Part shown: piece by piece, positions 12,641 to 27,186 of the stretch
Layout of the letters: the number at the start of each line of letters is the position of its first letter
Numbering within the stretch: the stretch's first letter is position 1
From: Glycera tridactyla
Taxonomy: Eukaryota
Length of the DNA: 64,000 bases
Direction: 5' to 3'
Assembly: GCA_965644265.1 (NCBI GenBank)
Contig: OZ286459.1
Coordinates: 106,826,001-106,890,000 of the forward strand
Position numbers and translations under genes: made by a program
Notes under the pieces: generated by a model
Seen by the model: the letters and a program-made list of their open reading frames with translations, nothing else
What the model was told of the DNA's origin: nothing
Databases searched by the model: none

Positions 12641-15600
12641 AACCACAGAATCTACATTCATTTTTATGATTCGGGGTACACAGAATCATCCCAGGTGTGG
12701 TTGGAGTCCAATTGACTTTCTTTGAAACCTCCCCTGAAATATCGTCATACCACCATCATGATTAAAGTCAGGTCAGTCACTCAATATTATGTTAGATCAG
12801 ATGGTGTTATCCAAACAATCATCGAATCTCAGTGGCTAGTTATTCCCAGATGCGGGTAATTCGAGAGTGATTCGCTTCAAACTTATCAATCAAACTTATC
12901 AATCAACAGTCTAGCGGGTACATACCGGTCTATATTGAGATGCCATGGATTGGATAAAATATCATGATTTTCCGATTTGCCCATAGGATTTCGAAACTAT
13001 CAGCACGTAGAACTGGGGCAACCACAACTCACTTTGTATGATGCTATGACCAACAGCCTGTAACTTCAATCTGAAGTCGATAATTTCATATGGGAATCAC
13101 CGATCTCTAGGGTAGCGACTATGCCTGTCCTGGCCCAGCAAATTGCTACTGCCATTTGCACTTCAAAACTGCATGAATAATGTTGATTCACCACTCGAGT
13201 CAGGTTCAACAATGTAGGCTGTATTTAATGGTTCAAATAATTGACTGCCTGGAACTAATGACACACGATGGAGTCAAAGAAAAAAAGCCGGCCATCCCCT
13301 AATGGAATGCTTAGAAAATTTTGCATTCAGGGGCGAGTGATGAGTCATGGCCCAAGCGCTTCATGTTGTCAATAGGCAAACCCGGTGGCTGGGACAGTTT
13401 AACTTCAAGTGGCTGGCTCATTAGGGCCAATTGTTGTCTTGTACTTGTTGTGACATGAACGAGGTGGACGGACAATGCATGCATTCTGGCTGCTCTCAGC
13501 TTCCTGTTGCCGATCAACTTACATCTAGAAAGCCTTTTCCCCAATGACTCGGGGGTTGAACAATCTTGATGTTCTGATGTTTTCAATTTCATGAATACTG
13601 AAGACATAAACAATAAGGGAAGTGATCAGAATCCGATACTCCATTGACACTCAATCTCTACCATGATAATATGTGCTGAATCCTTGGATTTTATCGAGAT
13701 ATTGGAGAATTGGTCTGGATACGTTCCTGGGAACTGGAAAGCTATCTGCCATATCTCCCCATGGTGGAAGCCCTCGAGATTGTTAATCGTCGGTTGTCGG
13801 GGAAAGAAGAACAGGACAACTGCATGGCAATGACACTTGTTCTGATATAGTAATACATGGAGAATTCAACGATTGGATGAGACCATTCGAAACTCTTCCC
13901 CTTATTGGGCCCTGAAAGGAAGATGTTATGATATTGGGTCAAGTAGACTATTTGTTTAGTGTTGTTTTGCGTGTATGATGAGTGACTGACTGAAGCTCTA
14001 CTACTCTCATATTCTCAGTTGTCAGTGTTCTATCGTAGGTAGATAGGCGTACACACGAGCGAGAGAGAGAGAGAGCCTGTGAGTCATCCATATGGGCCAG
14101 CCTGACGCATCATCTATCTTTATATACATCTACTACACAGCAGCCTTGTCTGTGATATCACATTAGATCATCATACAAACCTGACACGTCATGACGTATG
14201 ACATTAGGCCGACGTAAGCCAACCGACAGCTTATAGACCCAGTCCATGGGAACCTTTCACAAACCGCATTGAACGCAGGCCAATCGTGTGCGTGCGGGTC
14301 AGCTGTTCTCAGTAGTATACACTATTGAGCAAATTGCATTATGATAATTCTTGAATACTGTGCCCTGCTCGGGTTCGCTCAACATTTTGTCCTGCTTCAA
14401 GATCGGATTGAAATCATGTCAATATGCCTGATGAGGTTTTGATCCATGGTTGTTTCTTTTTTGGATATAGAGGGAGGATAGGTGGCTGTGTTGCAACGTA
14501 CATCCCATTACACATACATCCATTTCTATATGTGCAAAAGTGGTATCCTACCTACATGTTAAGCGAGAGAGAGGGGGAGACGATTGGAGTTTATCATGGT
14601 GATAGGCTTGCCTGGGGTAGATAGGTTCTTGATAGATGTATGGTTGTGAGTGGTGAAGGCGATGCATCATCTCTTTGTTTGCCTCTTGTTCAGCTGGACT
14701 ACCATCCATTAAGGTGGTTTACACCCTAACCACCGCCCTCACTGGATAGATTCTGGGTTCACCTTCTCTACAATTGTTTGATCAGCCAAAACAATGGTCC
14801 TTTCACCTAAAAGTAGGGAGAGACTCCCATGTACAGGGTTTGCCATTGATGCCGCATTCGGGATGAGCTGGGGGGGGGGGGGGTTGATTGGTGGATTTAT
14901 TGATTGATTGTATATTGTCTACTGTATGAGGCTAAACATTTATGGATATCCGTCACAGTCATAACAAGTTTCCCACAGCTTCATGGTCTCGCCTATCATG
15001 GGTTATCCGAGAAGGTCGCCGTGTACAAATAACTTCATATTAATCTGCTCGAGTTCCATTGTTGATGTGATCATATACTGTCTGTCATCTAATCCGCTCT
15101 TGGCAACCACGCATTGCAACTCGAGTAACATCAAACCAGTCTAACTTCCTGTTTGTTCTAGCTTAATATGGAATAATGTAACTTTCATCAATGATCAATT
15201 ATTATTTCTAATTATCAATTTATATTAGTTTTTGGTTTTATATGTTCCACAGCTTCCCCATACATCATTTCCCAAAGACGAGTGGTTCATACTTGCGATA
15301 TAAAGAAATGCGCTTTCATGAAATCTCATATCAAAAATGCATCAAACTGGCAGTGTTTCAAATATTCTCGAATCGATGAAAGAAGTTTTTTTTATCATTT
15401 TTTGGTATGCTTCCATATGCGAGAGATCATGAGTTGTTTATTTCTGTTGCAAGTACGTTATCGGATGTGTACATTTGTCACATTTTGATACCGTGATACC
15501 TACTGTGCTTAAAAATGAATCCAAATGGGTGGACGATAGCGGAATACTGCAAGCAAGTCAAATTATGCAGTGTTGACATGCAAGAGGTGAATGAGAGTGT

Positions 15601-16584
15601 GGATGAATGTCCAACTGTCACCTGGGATAACTGACGTAATAAGTCCCGCTGTTTGTTTGTTTGTGTGTATACTTTATTTTTCAACGACATTTACAGTTAG
15701 TTGTTGGAGTACAACCTTCCTCACTATTTCGTTGTGAGTACAGTTGCCTGTATTTGGCTGGTGTTGCGCTGCGACACGGCCAAGGGAGAGCATCCCATTT
15801 TTACTCAAAGGTTACAAACACTATCACCGCCCAGTTATGTTATTGATCATGAATTTGTTAACTGTGTGTGGCAGTTTGACATTGGAAAGTGGTTTCACTC
15901 TTCTTTGCCGCAAAGTTAGGCTGTTCATCATGATAGCCATTTGGCATGTAAATATGACACATTTCAGCTTCCTTGTGTCAGTTGCAATTTACTCATGTCA
16001 TCTGCTATACAGAAACTGAAATTGGCACTTGTGGCATGTCATCCTGATGTCAGAGACTTCGGAGGGCGTGTGATAGGTCCTGCCATCCCATCTGTGCCTA
16101 TATCACTGCCTATGACATATTCTGCTTGAGGGACTGTATGCTTCAAGCTGTCAGTATACTCCGAACATCATGCATAGCAAATATTCCTATTGTCAGGCCT
16201 TGTGGGATGTAAATATACCAATCTATACCCTATGTTGTATCGAACAATGTCGCCAAATAGCGCCAGTATTCTGCATCCGCGCTGCTATTCATCTATACCT
16301 AAAGCCGGTCGATATATATCCCACAAAGAGATGAGCCCTATGTGTATCCATACAGCTATCGCTTGTCATGTTACATCTTGACATAGAATTATATCTTCAG
16401 ATTACATCATCAGCATAATCTTACAATGGTAGTATATACAATGATGGAAAGGGGTGGTTGAGGCTTTCCTGCATACAATTGCACTTACGTCTTGTGACTA
16501 CCAACGTGGTTATATTGAAAAGGAAGCTGAAAATTTATGGAATTCACAAACACTCCAGGTGTCATTCTCGAGCAATAGGCTTTT

Positions 16585-16639
16585 GATGATAATGATGATA
16601 ATAAACTCTATTTAAAGTCGGGTAATGATACAACATATA
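16585..16639 (-). mobile_element. Retroelement 3'-end remnant sharing the terminal ~42 nt of the 49.4-53.4 kb LINE
   Basis: The reverse complement TATATGTTGTATCATTACCCGACTTTAAATAGAGTTTATTAT matches the LINE end TATATGTTGTATTATCACCCGACTATAAATAAAGATTATTAT with 5 mismatches, followed by an ATT/ATC tail. Confidence 0.75.
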
Positions 16640-19600
16640 TTTTGTTTATCATATCAGGGTTATGTTCTCTATGATCGACCTGTATTCAGCATGAACTTGA
16701 TCTAAGCACACGAACTTTTGAATTTCTCAAACTTCACCGCTGTACGATTCAGAACCTCATTAGTCATGAAGTGGAAAAATTCACCTTGAATTTATTCAGA
16801 ATTTGATGCAGAATGACAGATGGGGAGGGATATTATGAGAAGTGTGTCACCAATGACCTAGTGGAAACCTATGACATGAGGGAGGGTCACTGGTCTGAAC
16901 TGCGGGTCATCAGAGTTCATCTCCACTCACTTCATATCAAGGTGGCATTGAGCATCTGTACTGGACATTTTCCATATTCTCTGAGAATCTTCACCTCATA
17001 ATTCATCTTATCGGATCATTTTGAGCCTGATTTGATTCTGAGCCTGCACCTATCATCGATATATCCCTCAATCCCTCNNNNNNNNNNNNNNNNNNNNNNN
17101 NNNNNNNNNNNNNNNNNNNNNNNNNNNNNNNNNNNNNNNNNNNNNNNNNNNNNNNNNNNNNNNNNNNNNNNNNNNNNNNNNNNNNNNNNNNNNNNNNNNN
17201 NNNNNNNNNNNNNNNNNNNNNNNNNNNNNNNNNNNNNNNNNNNNNNNNNNNNNNNNNNNNNNNNNNNNNNNNNNNNNNNNNNNNNNNNNNNNNNNNNNNN
17301 NNNNNNNNNNNNNNNNNNNNNNNNNNNNNNNNNNNNNNNNNNNNNNNNNNNNNNNNNNNNNNNNNNNNNNNNNNNNNNNNNNNNNNNNNNNNNNNNNNNN
17401 NNNNNNNNNNNNNNNNNNNNNNNNNNNNNNNNNNNNNNNNNNNNNNNNNNNNNNNNNNNNNNNNNNNNNNTAGGTATAGGATATCATTTTTGTTCATATA
17501 GAAAATGGATGTATGTATAATGGGATGTATGCTGCCATACCGCCTGATTGATACATCAACCTGCGGAAAAATCACTAGACATTCTACCCAGACACGCAGA
17601 GGATAACCATGTCTGTGGAATATATAGCAAGCTGAGCATGATCAAACATACAGAAGCAACATGCATGCAATCAGGTGTGGGCCATATACATCNNNNNNNN
17701 NNNNNNNNNNNNNNNNNNNNNNNNNNNNNNNNNNNNNNNNNNNNNNNNNNNNNNNNNNNNNNNNNNNNNNNNNNNNNNNNNNNNNNNNNNNNNNNNNNNN
17801 NNNNNNNNNNNNNNNNNNNNNNNNNNGAGTGCTGACTGTTCTCCAAAGGGGGCAATCGATCCACCCATTCATTTTCGAGTAGTCGAGTCATGGAGAGACG
17901 TTAAGCATTACATTATCGATCAACCATTCGTTTGATTCGGCAAATCAATTGACATGGAAATCTACATGGTAGACAAACACACATCAAGACTGGATTCATC
18001 GAGTCAAGTGCATCTTACATCAGGATACATAACTTGCTAGTTCCATGTAAGAGCATTAGATGGTGAGGGAATTGTGGAGAAGAGGAGGAGACTCCAGCGT
18101 CTGGGTCTTACATCACTGATGATAACTAGCAGCAGCATCCTTTCTCCGCATCCCGGCAGCTGTTGCTGATGTTGGGAGGCTGCTGATGGAGACCAGCAGC
18201 TTATAATCACCATCAGATGCTGGCCTGCCAGCTATGTAACATCTCCTGGCAAACCCTGACAAGCGTGGTATTCAACACATCAACACAAGTGGAACAATTG
18301 TGTTTGTAGGAATCTCAACTACGGGTGTTATCATCGTGTTTACATCTGTTTGATATTTCCAAGACCACACACAAACCACAACACCCACCTAGCATACGTA
18401 TCAGGTGCAGGCCCAGGCCAAATGGCAAGCAGTGCAGTGCGTATCGGAGAATCATAAACAATCTCGGCCATGAGGCAATTGCCAAGCAACCTTTCTATTA
18501 CCACCATCATTATTCCCGTTATTACCCCGAAGTAAAACCGTCACTGCAGCACTATTCTAGTGACATTTATAACCATATCTGTCATCCCTATCACCACAAA
18601 CAATACATAGGGCCAACCATCACCTCAGATACCGACTGGCTGGTGAAAAATGTCCAGAAGATGCCATTTATTTCATTGGCTAGGGCGTGTGTATTTATAG
18701 AGAGAGGGGATACACTTTCCAATATTCTACGCATGATCATATGATTTGGAGAATGCATAATGCGTTTGTGTATGTATGTATTCGTGCATGCATACGCCTG
18801 ACCATGAGAATCAGTCTGTCTTCAAAGCCGTCATAGTCCGGTATGCTTCACACAGAGAACAACGGGTGAGAGGAGGGAAGAGATAGAGAGAGGGTGTACA
18901 GGGCTACAGGCGGACAGACATACAGACATACAGACAGGCAGACCGACAGACATACAGACAGGCAGGGGTAATTGACACATTGTTAATTTTGTCATCCTTA
19001 AAATGCGATCATCCAACATGAGAGCCCATAGGGAAAGTTTTCTTCCGATATCTATTGATATTCAAATAAGAAAACTCGCAAGCCTTGATTGCGCTTTATG
19101 TGGAACCTGCCGATTGAGAAGTCATATCTATTCTACTCGGTATATGTAATTGACAGGGATCGTGTGTTGGAGACCTTTGAAGGGTGTACAAATGAGTCAA
19201 CTTATTTGTGTGACAATTTGTGTGATCTGCTCACCTAGTGATGGTAACATGAAATGAATGCGTTTCTTTCTGCATGTGTTTTGCATGCCAGGTGGTTGAG
19301 TCTACATTCGGTCATTGGGACAGGGTATGAGCCATCCCGGGCGATATTTTAACGAACTGGTTGACTCCCTGCACCCACAGACGTTTACCATATACAAATA
19401 TTTGATCTAGTCTGCTGTATACATTACCACGCATCGAGCATGATAATATTTAATTAAACAAACTCATGTTTCCTTTGTGCATCATTAACTAGATGCAGTT
19501 GGTATTTGATTGACTCAATACCGGCTTTGCATTAGCTACATTAACAGCGTCAACATTGTACAAATGACAAAAATGCAGATAGTCTGCATACCACTGCAAA

Positions 19601-22600
19601 TGGGTGACCGGCAAAAATTCAGCTATTTACTTATTTCTCCTCGTCCACCTATTTGATTGACATGCTTGTTATGTTCCTCAGTGAATCCAAACAAAGCTAG
19701 TTGGATACAAAATGGGTATTCGTGATCTTGCCCAGTCGTAAAATGACCGGGATTGCCAGCATGAATGTACATTTCATCATCCTACCATATCCAACGCTGA
19801 CACCTTCGTATTATTGATTTTCTTATACCCGCACTGTGTTTGTGATGTGAATAGGGTTAACACAGTAGTTGCCACACATTTAATCATTATGATGATATGG
19901 TAAGGATAATAGTAGATATTATGAACTGCCGACTATGGTGATATTGATAGAGACAAAAGTGATCATAATAAAACTGATATTTGGAATGAAAATAGTTATG
20001 ACAATAATGATGTCAATAATAATGATTATATCAATAATGATGTTGATATTGATAACGATGATGATGATGATGAGGATGATGATGATGATGATGATGGAGC
20101 GGCAAGAGAGAAAGTATTTATGAATCAAGAATGTACGGCATGTATAATTTTCCGGGATGAGACCTCAGATCAATCGCTAATCAATCAATCAATCAATCAA
20201 TCAGATTCAAAAAATTATTCTGAAGCAGCAATCGTAAAATGGCAGAAACATAAAAATGGATGACAGCTGCCACGATAGAGTTGGAGACAAAAACATCGAA
20301 AATGAATGTGAGAAATGGTGCGTATCCACTGCAAAAATAATATGCAATACACGCAACAAACTTCGGACAATGCCAGAAAGAGGCAGAAAAACAAGAGCGA
20401 GGGTTTGAGTGATGAGATACGGGGGAGATGAAGCGTATGAAAAGGAGGTAATATGTGCCGGCTGTGTGCCAGATGCTTCTCCATTATAACGGCTAGCATA
20501 TGACTCATCTTGCCACATATATGATTAGGGACGACACCCTATGTCAAACTCTACACATGGGATCCATACAGGCCGAACTGCCAGCACCCCGACCCCTGCG
20601 CAAAGCACTCACCCGTCCGACTACAGAGTGTTCACTTAAGGCAGACTCCGTCTTTTCTTGAAATCCAAGATAGAGGTCATGTCGTATTGAATATAACCAT
20701 CCCTGTGTATAACAGCCTCTGATCACCAATTAGAAGGTCGTGAGAGTGTGATTTGAAGATCATCAGTGCTCTGGATCCTTCGACAGTAAGTATATACCTA
20801 TCACATTAACGAGGTATTTCTCATTATTTGATTGATTGATTGATCGATTGAGGGAATGTGACTCTTTTTCCAGCAGATCTATTTTCTTCTCTTGTTTTAG
20901 AGGTAGGAGAAGGATGTGCATGACAAAATGCCATGTAACTCTCCTCGTTTTCAATTGCATCAGAAGTGTTCTGAGGATCTGCTGTATTCTCCTTTCAGAA
21001 TTTATCATATATCTAGGAAAACAATTTGTGTCATCCAAAACAAACATACATAGAATATTCTGCGAGATATTCGAATGAAAATGGAAGCGTGCTGAGGTGT
21101 GCAAAACAATTGAAATTTCTCATCCGCTTCACATAACTGTTAATTTGTTCATTCATAAACTCGATTTCAGAATATTATCTAATGGGAGTAACAGCTGTCG
21201 CGTAATTTGGTATGAAAGCGACGCATTATGTCTATTTCTGGTTGTTAATTTCCCGCACGGTCCAGTCAGAGGTATTGAATAATAGCTTTTGTAATTAGGT
21301 CAACAGGGGTGGCAGGGGCATGTTGCCTGTCGCGTGGCGTTGATGACCATACCGTGCGGTCAGTTGTCCAGTCACAGCGTGGACCTACTTCAACCCCTAC
21401 CCCCTTCATTGCGGTCACCCACTGTCCGAAAACGTGGGGGTTATTCCACGTTCAATATAACGCCAACATCCATTCAAGTTTCTGTCTCGGGACTGTTCCG
21501 GGATTTTGTTTTGTGGCAGCACTCCATGTTTAGCCGTATCTCACCATGACCTCTGACCTCTGACCCAGACAAAGGTCATTGGTGCGTAGAGGGCTAGCTG
21601 GGTTAATTACAAGGGACCTTTTCACTAAGTTTCATTATTTTCAATATTAAACTAGGTGGTATTAATCGATCAGGGACGTTGGTGCTGTGGTTTGGTGTGA
21701 AATGGACACCTGTCACGAGTATCTGCTCTCGGGTTGACCACAGCTTCACACTGGCCACTATCAACATGACACTGGAATCTGCTCCACCACACAACGAGGC
21801 AAGGAGGGGGAGGTTATGAACCAGGGTCACACTACCCGTCTGCCCGGCCTGTCTCTTCCACCTTTTCATCGGATGGGTAAAAAGCTATTTAAATAGACTT
21901 TCAAAAGGCTTCGAATGTCTTCATAACGTTTTTAGCATGGGAATATATCCCCGACACATTCCCCTCTACAGAGGTTGACAATCCGAAGTAGCGATTTCCT
22001 GGTAATTAATTTGGTGATAGAAAGGTGTATCCCAGTTTGTAAGCATCAGAAACATAGCTGGATTATCCGCTCTTCATCTGTGTTGAATTTACAAGAATTT
22101 ACAAGAAATTTACAAGAATTCTTACGTGACATCTAGGATGACTTGCATCATTGGAAGAAGGCCATCTGTTGGATGCAATAAGCTAGCTCTGAAATTGAGA
22201 ACAGTTTAGGGATTACATTCTATTACTTGTACATCTCATCATATTACTTGTTGACATACATTTTCCAACTGATTGTAATCAACCATAAACCATCTATCTG
22301 AAAAATTGAACCAAATTTAAACACTAATTTCCACTCATACTTCGACAGGATACATGTGACACACAGCCCGCAGTAGCGAACTTTAATCGAGAGTAAAAGC
22401 CTACTTTGTGATGAAGGTTGACAGAGAGCATCTGTACAAGGAGGACAAGCGCTGATGACTGTTTGGGAAGTTAACCACGTCGACATTCACTCAGGTCCTT
22501 GTTCACACATTGGCAGTGAGCTGTAAAGGGGATTACTCACAGCACTTGTAATGAGTTGAGATAGCAATAGCCCAGCTGACATGGCAGAATTGATCGATCA

Positions 22601-23751
22601 CTCTAACTATATGCAGAGTTCACAAGTCACCGGCTTTGAAATGAGCATTGCATCTCTCTGATTGGATGACTTTCGGTGACATGTACAAATGTCACAGGTG
22701 ATTTCCATTTATTCTCCCCATTTCGCTTCATAATAAATGCAAGAGAATGCATGTCAGCCTCTGTTATTGCCTCGCCACATCAACCCACTTGTACATGTAC
22801 GTGTGTGTATGTGTGCGTGTGTACGTGTGCATGTGTCTGAGAGCGTCCATCAGTTTATATGTCTGTCCATGTAGAACAGTCGATGGTTCCGCCCCTCTCC
22901 CTTTCTCTATCCCCCTCTTCTCCTCCCCCTGCTCTCTCTCCTCATGGCTCCCACTGGTTTTCCATTTATCCTCCTTTTCCTCAACGCCCTATCTCCCTCT
23001 TTCTCCACATATCTTTTCTTTCTTTCTCGGTAATTCTCTTTCTCACACTTACACGCAACACCCGATCATCCGTGGAGTAGCAATCATCTGATGTATACTT
23101 TGTATTCTATTCCAACAAAAAAACTCTGTTTGAAGAAGGAAATCACAAACCCTTGAGCTGTATATAAGGTCAAGTATGTTCCCTATGATAAAAGTGCAGT
23201 TATGCCATTGGCGAGTAATAAGAACAGTCAACATAGGCATGGAGCACCCATTCACTGCTATGTCCAGCCAGATTCTATCGACATATGGACGTATTGAAGC
23301 CACTTACCAGTTATTGCATGTGTTCGCTTCGTGGTGTAGGCTTTCATATTGTTTATTGTTGGAAAAGAGCCAACAGATCGGGAGAGTGTGCAAGCATTTA
23401 TAATTTACTCTAAACAGTTGTGTTGAAGCAATTAACACACAGAAGCTGGCCATTGTTGTCAAGTCAGGCATGACACTTAATCGCTACCTGTATCTAAACG
23501 GCTCTCTTTCATCGATCTGTTTAGTGATTTTCGTTAATACCGGATGGCTTTTATCTGGTTGAATGGAACTAAAACGTGCAACAATGCACATCGACCCAAA
23601 TTGAATTCGCATATTGCTCATTCCCATGGGGCATCTCAGGACATATCGATTTGCTATGAAATAACGATCGACGACGCCTATAGATCACATTGCTATGGAA
23701 GCAGATGCTCTTTGTATTCGGGACCTATTCATGCTGAATCAACATTGGTGT

Positions 23752-23757
<6 letters not shown>

Positions 23758-23821
<64 letters not shown>

Positions 23822-23865
23822 TTTTCCCTCTCCCTCTCTCTCTGTGCGCGTGTGTGTGTGTGTGT
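23758..23865. repeat. (CT)n/(GT)n microsatellite, representative of many SSRs in the window
   Basis: Directly visible. Others include (TGGA)n ~6925-7005, (GAT)n ~20056-20096, (AAC)n ~34005-34030, (CT)n ~35939-35980, (GA)n ~39925-39965, (CTA)n ~49070-49110 and (CAT)n ~61805-61840. Confidence 0.97.
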
Positions 23866-26100
23866 CATGTATTTTGGGGTGAAAGATCTACTTTTGGCAG
23901 GGCGTTAAACTCAACCTATGATTGAATTGTGACACCTCCATCCCTTGTGCATGCATCTATGTTTGGGGGGGGGGAATTTCTTGTTGTTGGTTTATGGTCA
24001 CCTATTATAGCACCATCCGAAGAAGATAATGCATATTCACGCTCGTGGCGGAAAGTGTGTACACGCATGCCTGTGAGTCGCAGTCACATGTTGTGAGAGT
24101 GTGGGTGCGCGCACGTGTGTTTGCCCTGTTGCCATATAATTTGAGCCGGTGTTTTGAAACATCTTTTGGCCATTGCCAGGTGTCAGGAGGGCGCTTTGAT
24201 TAATAGCTATGACCATATGTGTTGGCACGCTGCCAAGATCATAGTACCTGTCGTCCTTCCACCGGCTCGTTCCATTATTGCGACTATAAGGCTTGAGGCA
24301 TGTCTTATATCCTAAGTCGCAGAAGAAAGTTCATCACGGATTGGTGCTTATTCATTTCAAACGTGAACACAGTCAAACCTGCCCTAAGCATATGGCTAAG
24401 GAATAATGCTGAAGTGCGTGCTTAACACAGGTATGTGCTTAGTGTATGTGAACATTGATGAAACTACATCATGACAGCGACCGTGATCATGAACATGCCA
24501 TTGACAACGCAATGTAGTATCACGACAGCGGCGAGATAGGTCGACTCGGGTCGCGAGATAGGACACAGCGGGTTCGCCGAATCCACCGCGACTTCCACTC
24601 GATCAATCAATCAATCAATCAAATAAACTAATCAATCATTCAGTCATCTCAATACACACAAAATGACTGCAGGGCGAATAAGTCAGAAGATGATAGCGCT
24701 GATGTAAGCGCTGGGCATGGTATGCATATTGTTGGATGGTCGTTGGAATGTTGGAAGGGGACAGCTATAGGCATGGTTTTATGTGGCCGTTAGTGAGAAC
24801 AACGGAGCCGGATTAGATGGCATATTGCAACATTACACCGTCAAACTACCTCATTCGTCTTAGCCACAGACACCATCTCCATGTTTTCTTGATGCCTCCC
24901 CTACTATCTACACGATTACAGGGATCTCTTTCGCTAAAACACAGACGTTCTCCGCGGTAGGGTCGAGTTAGGTCATGTGCCAATGTGTATGTCTCACACC
25001 TTTTCTGGATTGGATTTGTGCAGATATGGCGAATGTTGCCTAATCGCCTGATGGAATCACCCACACCGACCCTAAGCATCCGTTTGTAGCAGACTCCTGT
25101 CGCTTCCGGCTAGCTTCCTCTGTGAATGAGACCAAATGACTGCTTAAGGCGTGGATCAAAGTAGACTTCATCTAAACTAGCAATCTACACACTTATATAT
25201 ATCCACCCCAAGGCCATTCAAGTATTCCTTGTGTTGTATCCTTATTAGTTACTTATGAGTAGTTTGGTACAAGTTGGATATATTGATAACCACAGTATGT
25301 ACCTCATCTGCATTAGTGAACCGCACCGCTTTCATGACTGAGCCAACTCATGCTATACATGTACTACTCGAACTAACATACACATGAATTCCTCCCCGTA
25401 AATGAATCATTTCAATCCCGCTGTTTTTCCCTAAACAACATATTCCGGGCATAAAGTCAAAATGAACAGAATAGGCTGTGATCTGATTCATTGATCATAG
25501 CATGATATATCACTTTAGTTGAGAAAAGGCCTGGAGTCAGGAGTGTCGGGACTTTGTATATCATGCTAATGCTACAGTATGATATGTTCGAAGGGGAACG
25601 ATGGAAACTCTACAAACCATAGGGACTGAATATATGGGGCTGAGGTCGCAGAATTATCCACTTTCTCTCTGGTGTGTTATTTTAGAATATAGTAACTTTT
25701 AACCGAGTTACGAGGATCGTTGAAACCTACCAACAGGTAAAGTTACGGGTAGCATGTGGCTGTTAGATAGGTTATACATCATTCACATGACTGGCGCATC
25801 AAACCAGAAGTTTGAAAAAAATGTTGAATGTCACACCTATTATGAACAGCTGGTGGTTCATAACAACTGGTGGCGAGATCGACAAGATAAGATTGTGAAC
25901 ATATTCTCAATATGGTTTTCAACAATGATGGATGGAGATGGCCAGTGATGCATATGACATTAGCTCATGTGGCATGTGGTAATACGTCACAGGTGGTCCC
26001 CCATACAATAATGACCCCTCATCCAGTGATACTCCACCCTCTCATACAGTCATGTGATATATGAGAGTGTATCTAATCTGCAGGCGTAACGCCGACATTA

Positions 26101-26114
26101 ACACCAGATGGCGC
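26101..26114 (+). promoter_or_regulatory. CTCF-consensus-like motif
   Basis: ACACCAGATGGCGC matches CCASYAGRKGGCRS at 13 of 14 positions. Confidence 0.3.
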
Positions 26115-26189
26115 AGTCACGCTTCACTGATCAGGAGGACGTATCCATGCGGGGTATACGAAATCCGGTCCGTTCAAGAAGGCATTGAT

Positions 26190-26450
26190 CCCACAAAAGA
26201 AGTGGTCTTAGTAGACAGGTGGCATTTATAGTGTGGTCATTCCGCGTATGCATCACCATTGCTGTCACGGCCCAGGTGGCCTATGTACAGAGGTATTCTG
26301 TCAAACAGGTTCTATTGTTCGAAAGGCCGTACTTGGTCAAACGAAAAGTGATCTTTGTGGAGAGGCGGTCTCTAAAGAGAGGTTATTTACCGTTTGAAAT
26401 ACTATTGATGTCAGGACTGGGGTGGTCCTTGTAGGAAAGTTGACTTTGTA
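26190..26450. mobile_element. Degenerate MITE of the same family
   Basis: Repeated GTGGTC(N)TAGACAGGTGG-like subterminal motifs ending in GTGGTCCTTGTAGGAAAGTTGACTTTG|TA. Confidence 0.45.
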
Positions 26451-27155
26451 TAAAAATGCTCGCTCGAGCGGTTTCGACTGTAGTTTATGGTGGATTATTA
26501 TACCGAATATTCTGAATTACACATGACTTGTCAGAATATGTCTTGTGAAAGACCTCCAAGATTTATATTTTCAATTTTCAGCGAGTGCTGATGTGACCTG
26601 CATCGTATATGGGTCTCAGTTCCAAATGGTACATTGTTTGTACAGCATGGATATAGTCTAGCTTACACAGGAAGTAGCTAGTACTGTATTCAATTGTAGA
26701 TAAAAATTGGCTATGATACACTATTTTTGAAACTACTCTGAATGTGAGTGGGATACCCGCCCAACTTCGTGTCCATATGCGTACTATTGTGATGCGAAAA
26801 CAGAACAGTAACAAGGCCAGAATACGAGGTCAAAGTTCCCAGGCGTCAATTTTATGATTAATTCAGCTGCAAGCAATGAATAAGTGATACATTGTGATCA
26901 AATATCGACGGCATGACTGGAAAAATTGTACTGTTGATCTCAACACAAGGAAATACAATTGACCCGGCACCCTTATCAATTCCACCTGATATCTGTGGAT
27001 AGGCCACTTCCAATGTCAGCATTTGACATGTAAATCGCAAGATACAGGAGTTGGTGATATAGCGTATGCTCATCTGATCTACTGGCCTCCTCACCCAGGC
27101 CTATTATATGGGATTAGTGAAGTGGTATTATCAGCAGAGATGGACAGGCAGACTG

Positions 27156-27186
<31 letters not shown>

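Noticed and set aside
13700-13915. DIVIHGEFND resembling the endonuclease GDFN motif
   Set aside because: Single imperfect motif without supporting neighbours.
25843-25862. Partial resemblance to miR-317 (TGAACAGCTGGTGGT)
   Set aside because: The seed region lacks two bases and no precursor hairpin is evident. No conserved miRNA was recognised elsewhere in the window.
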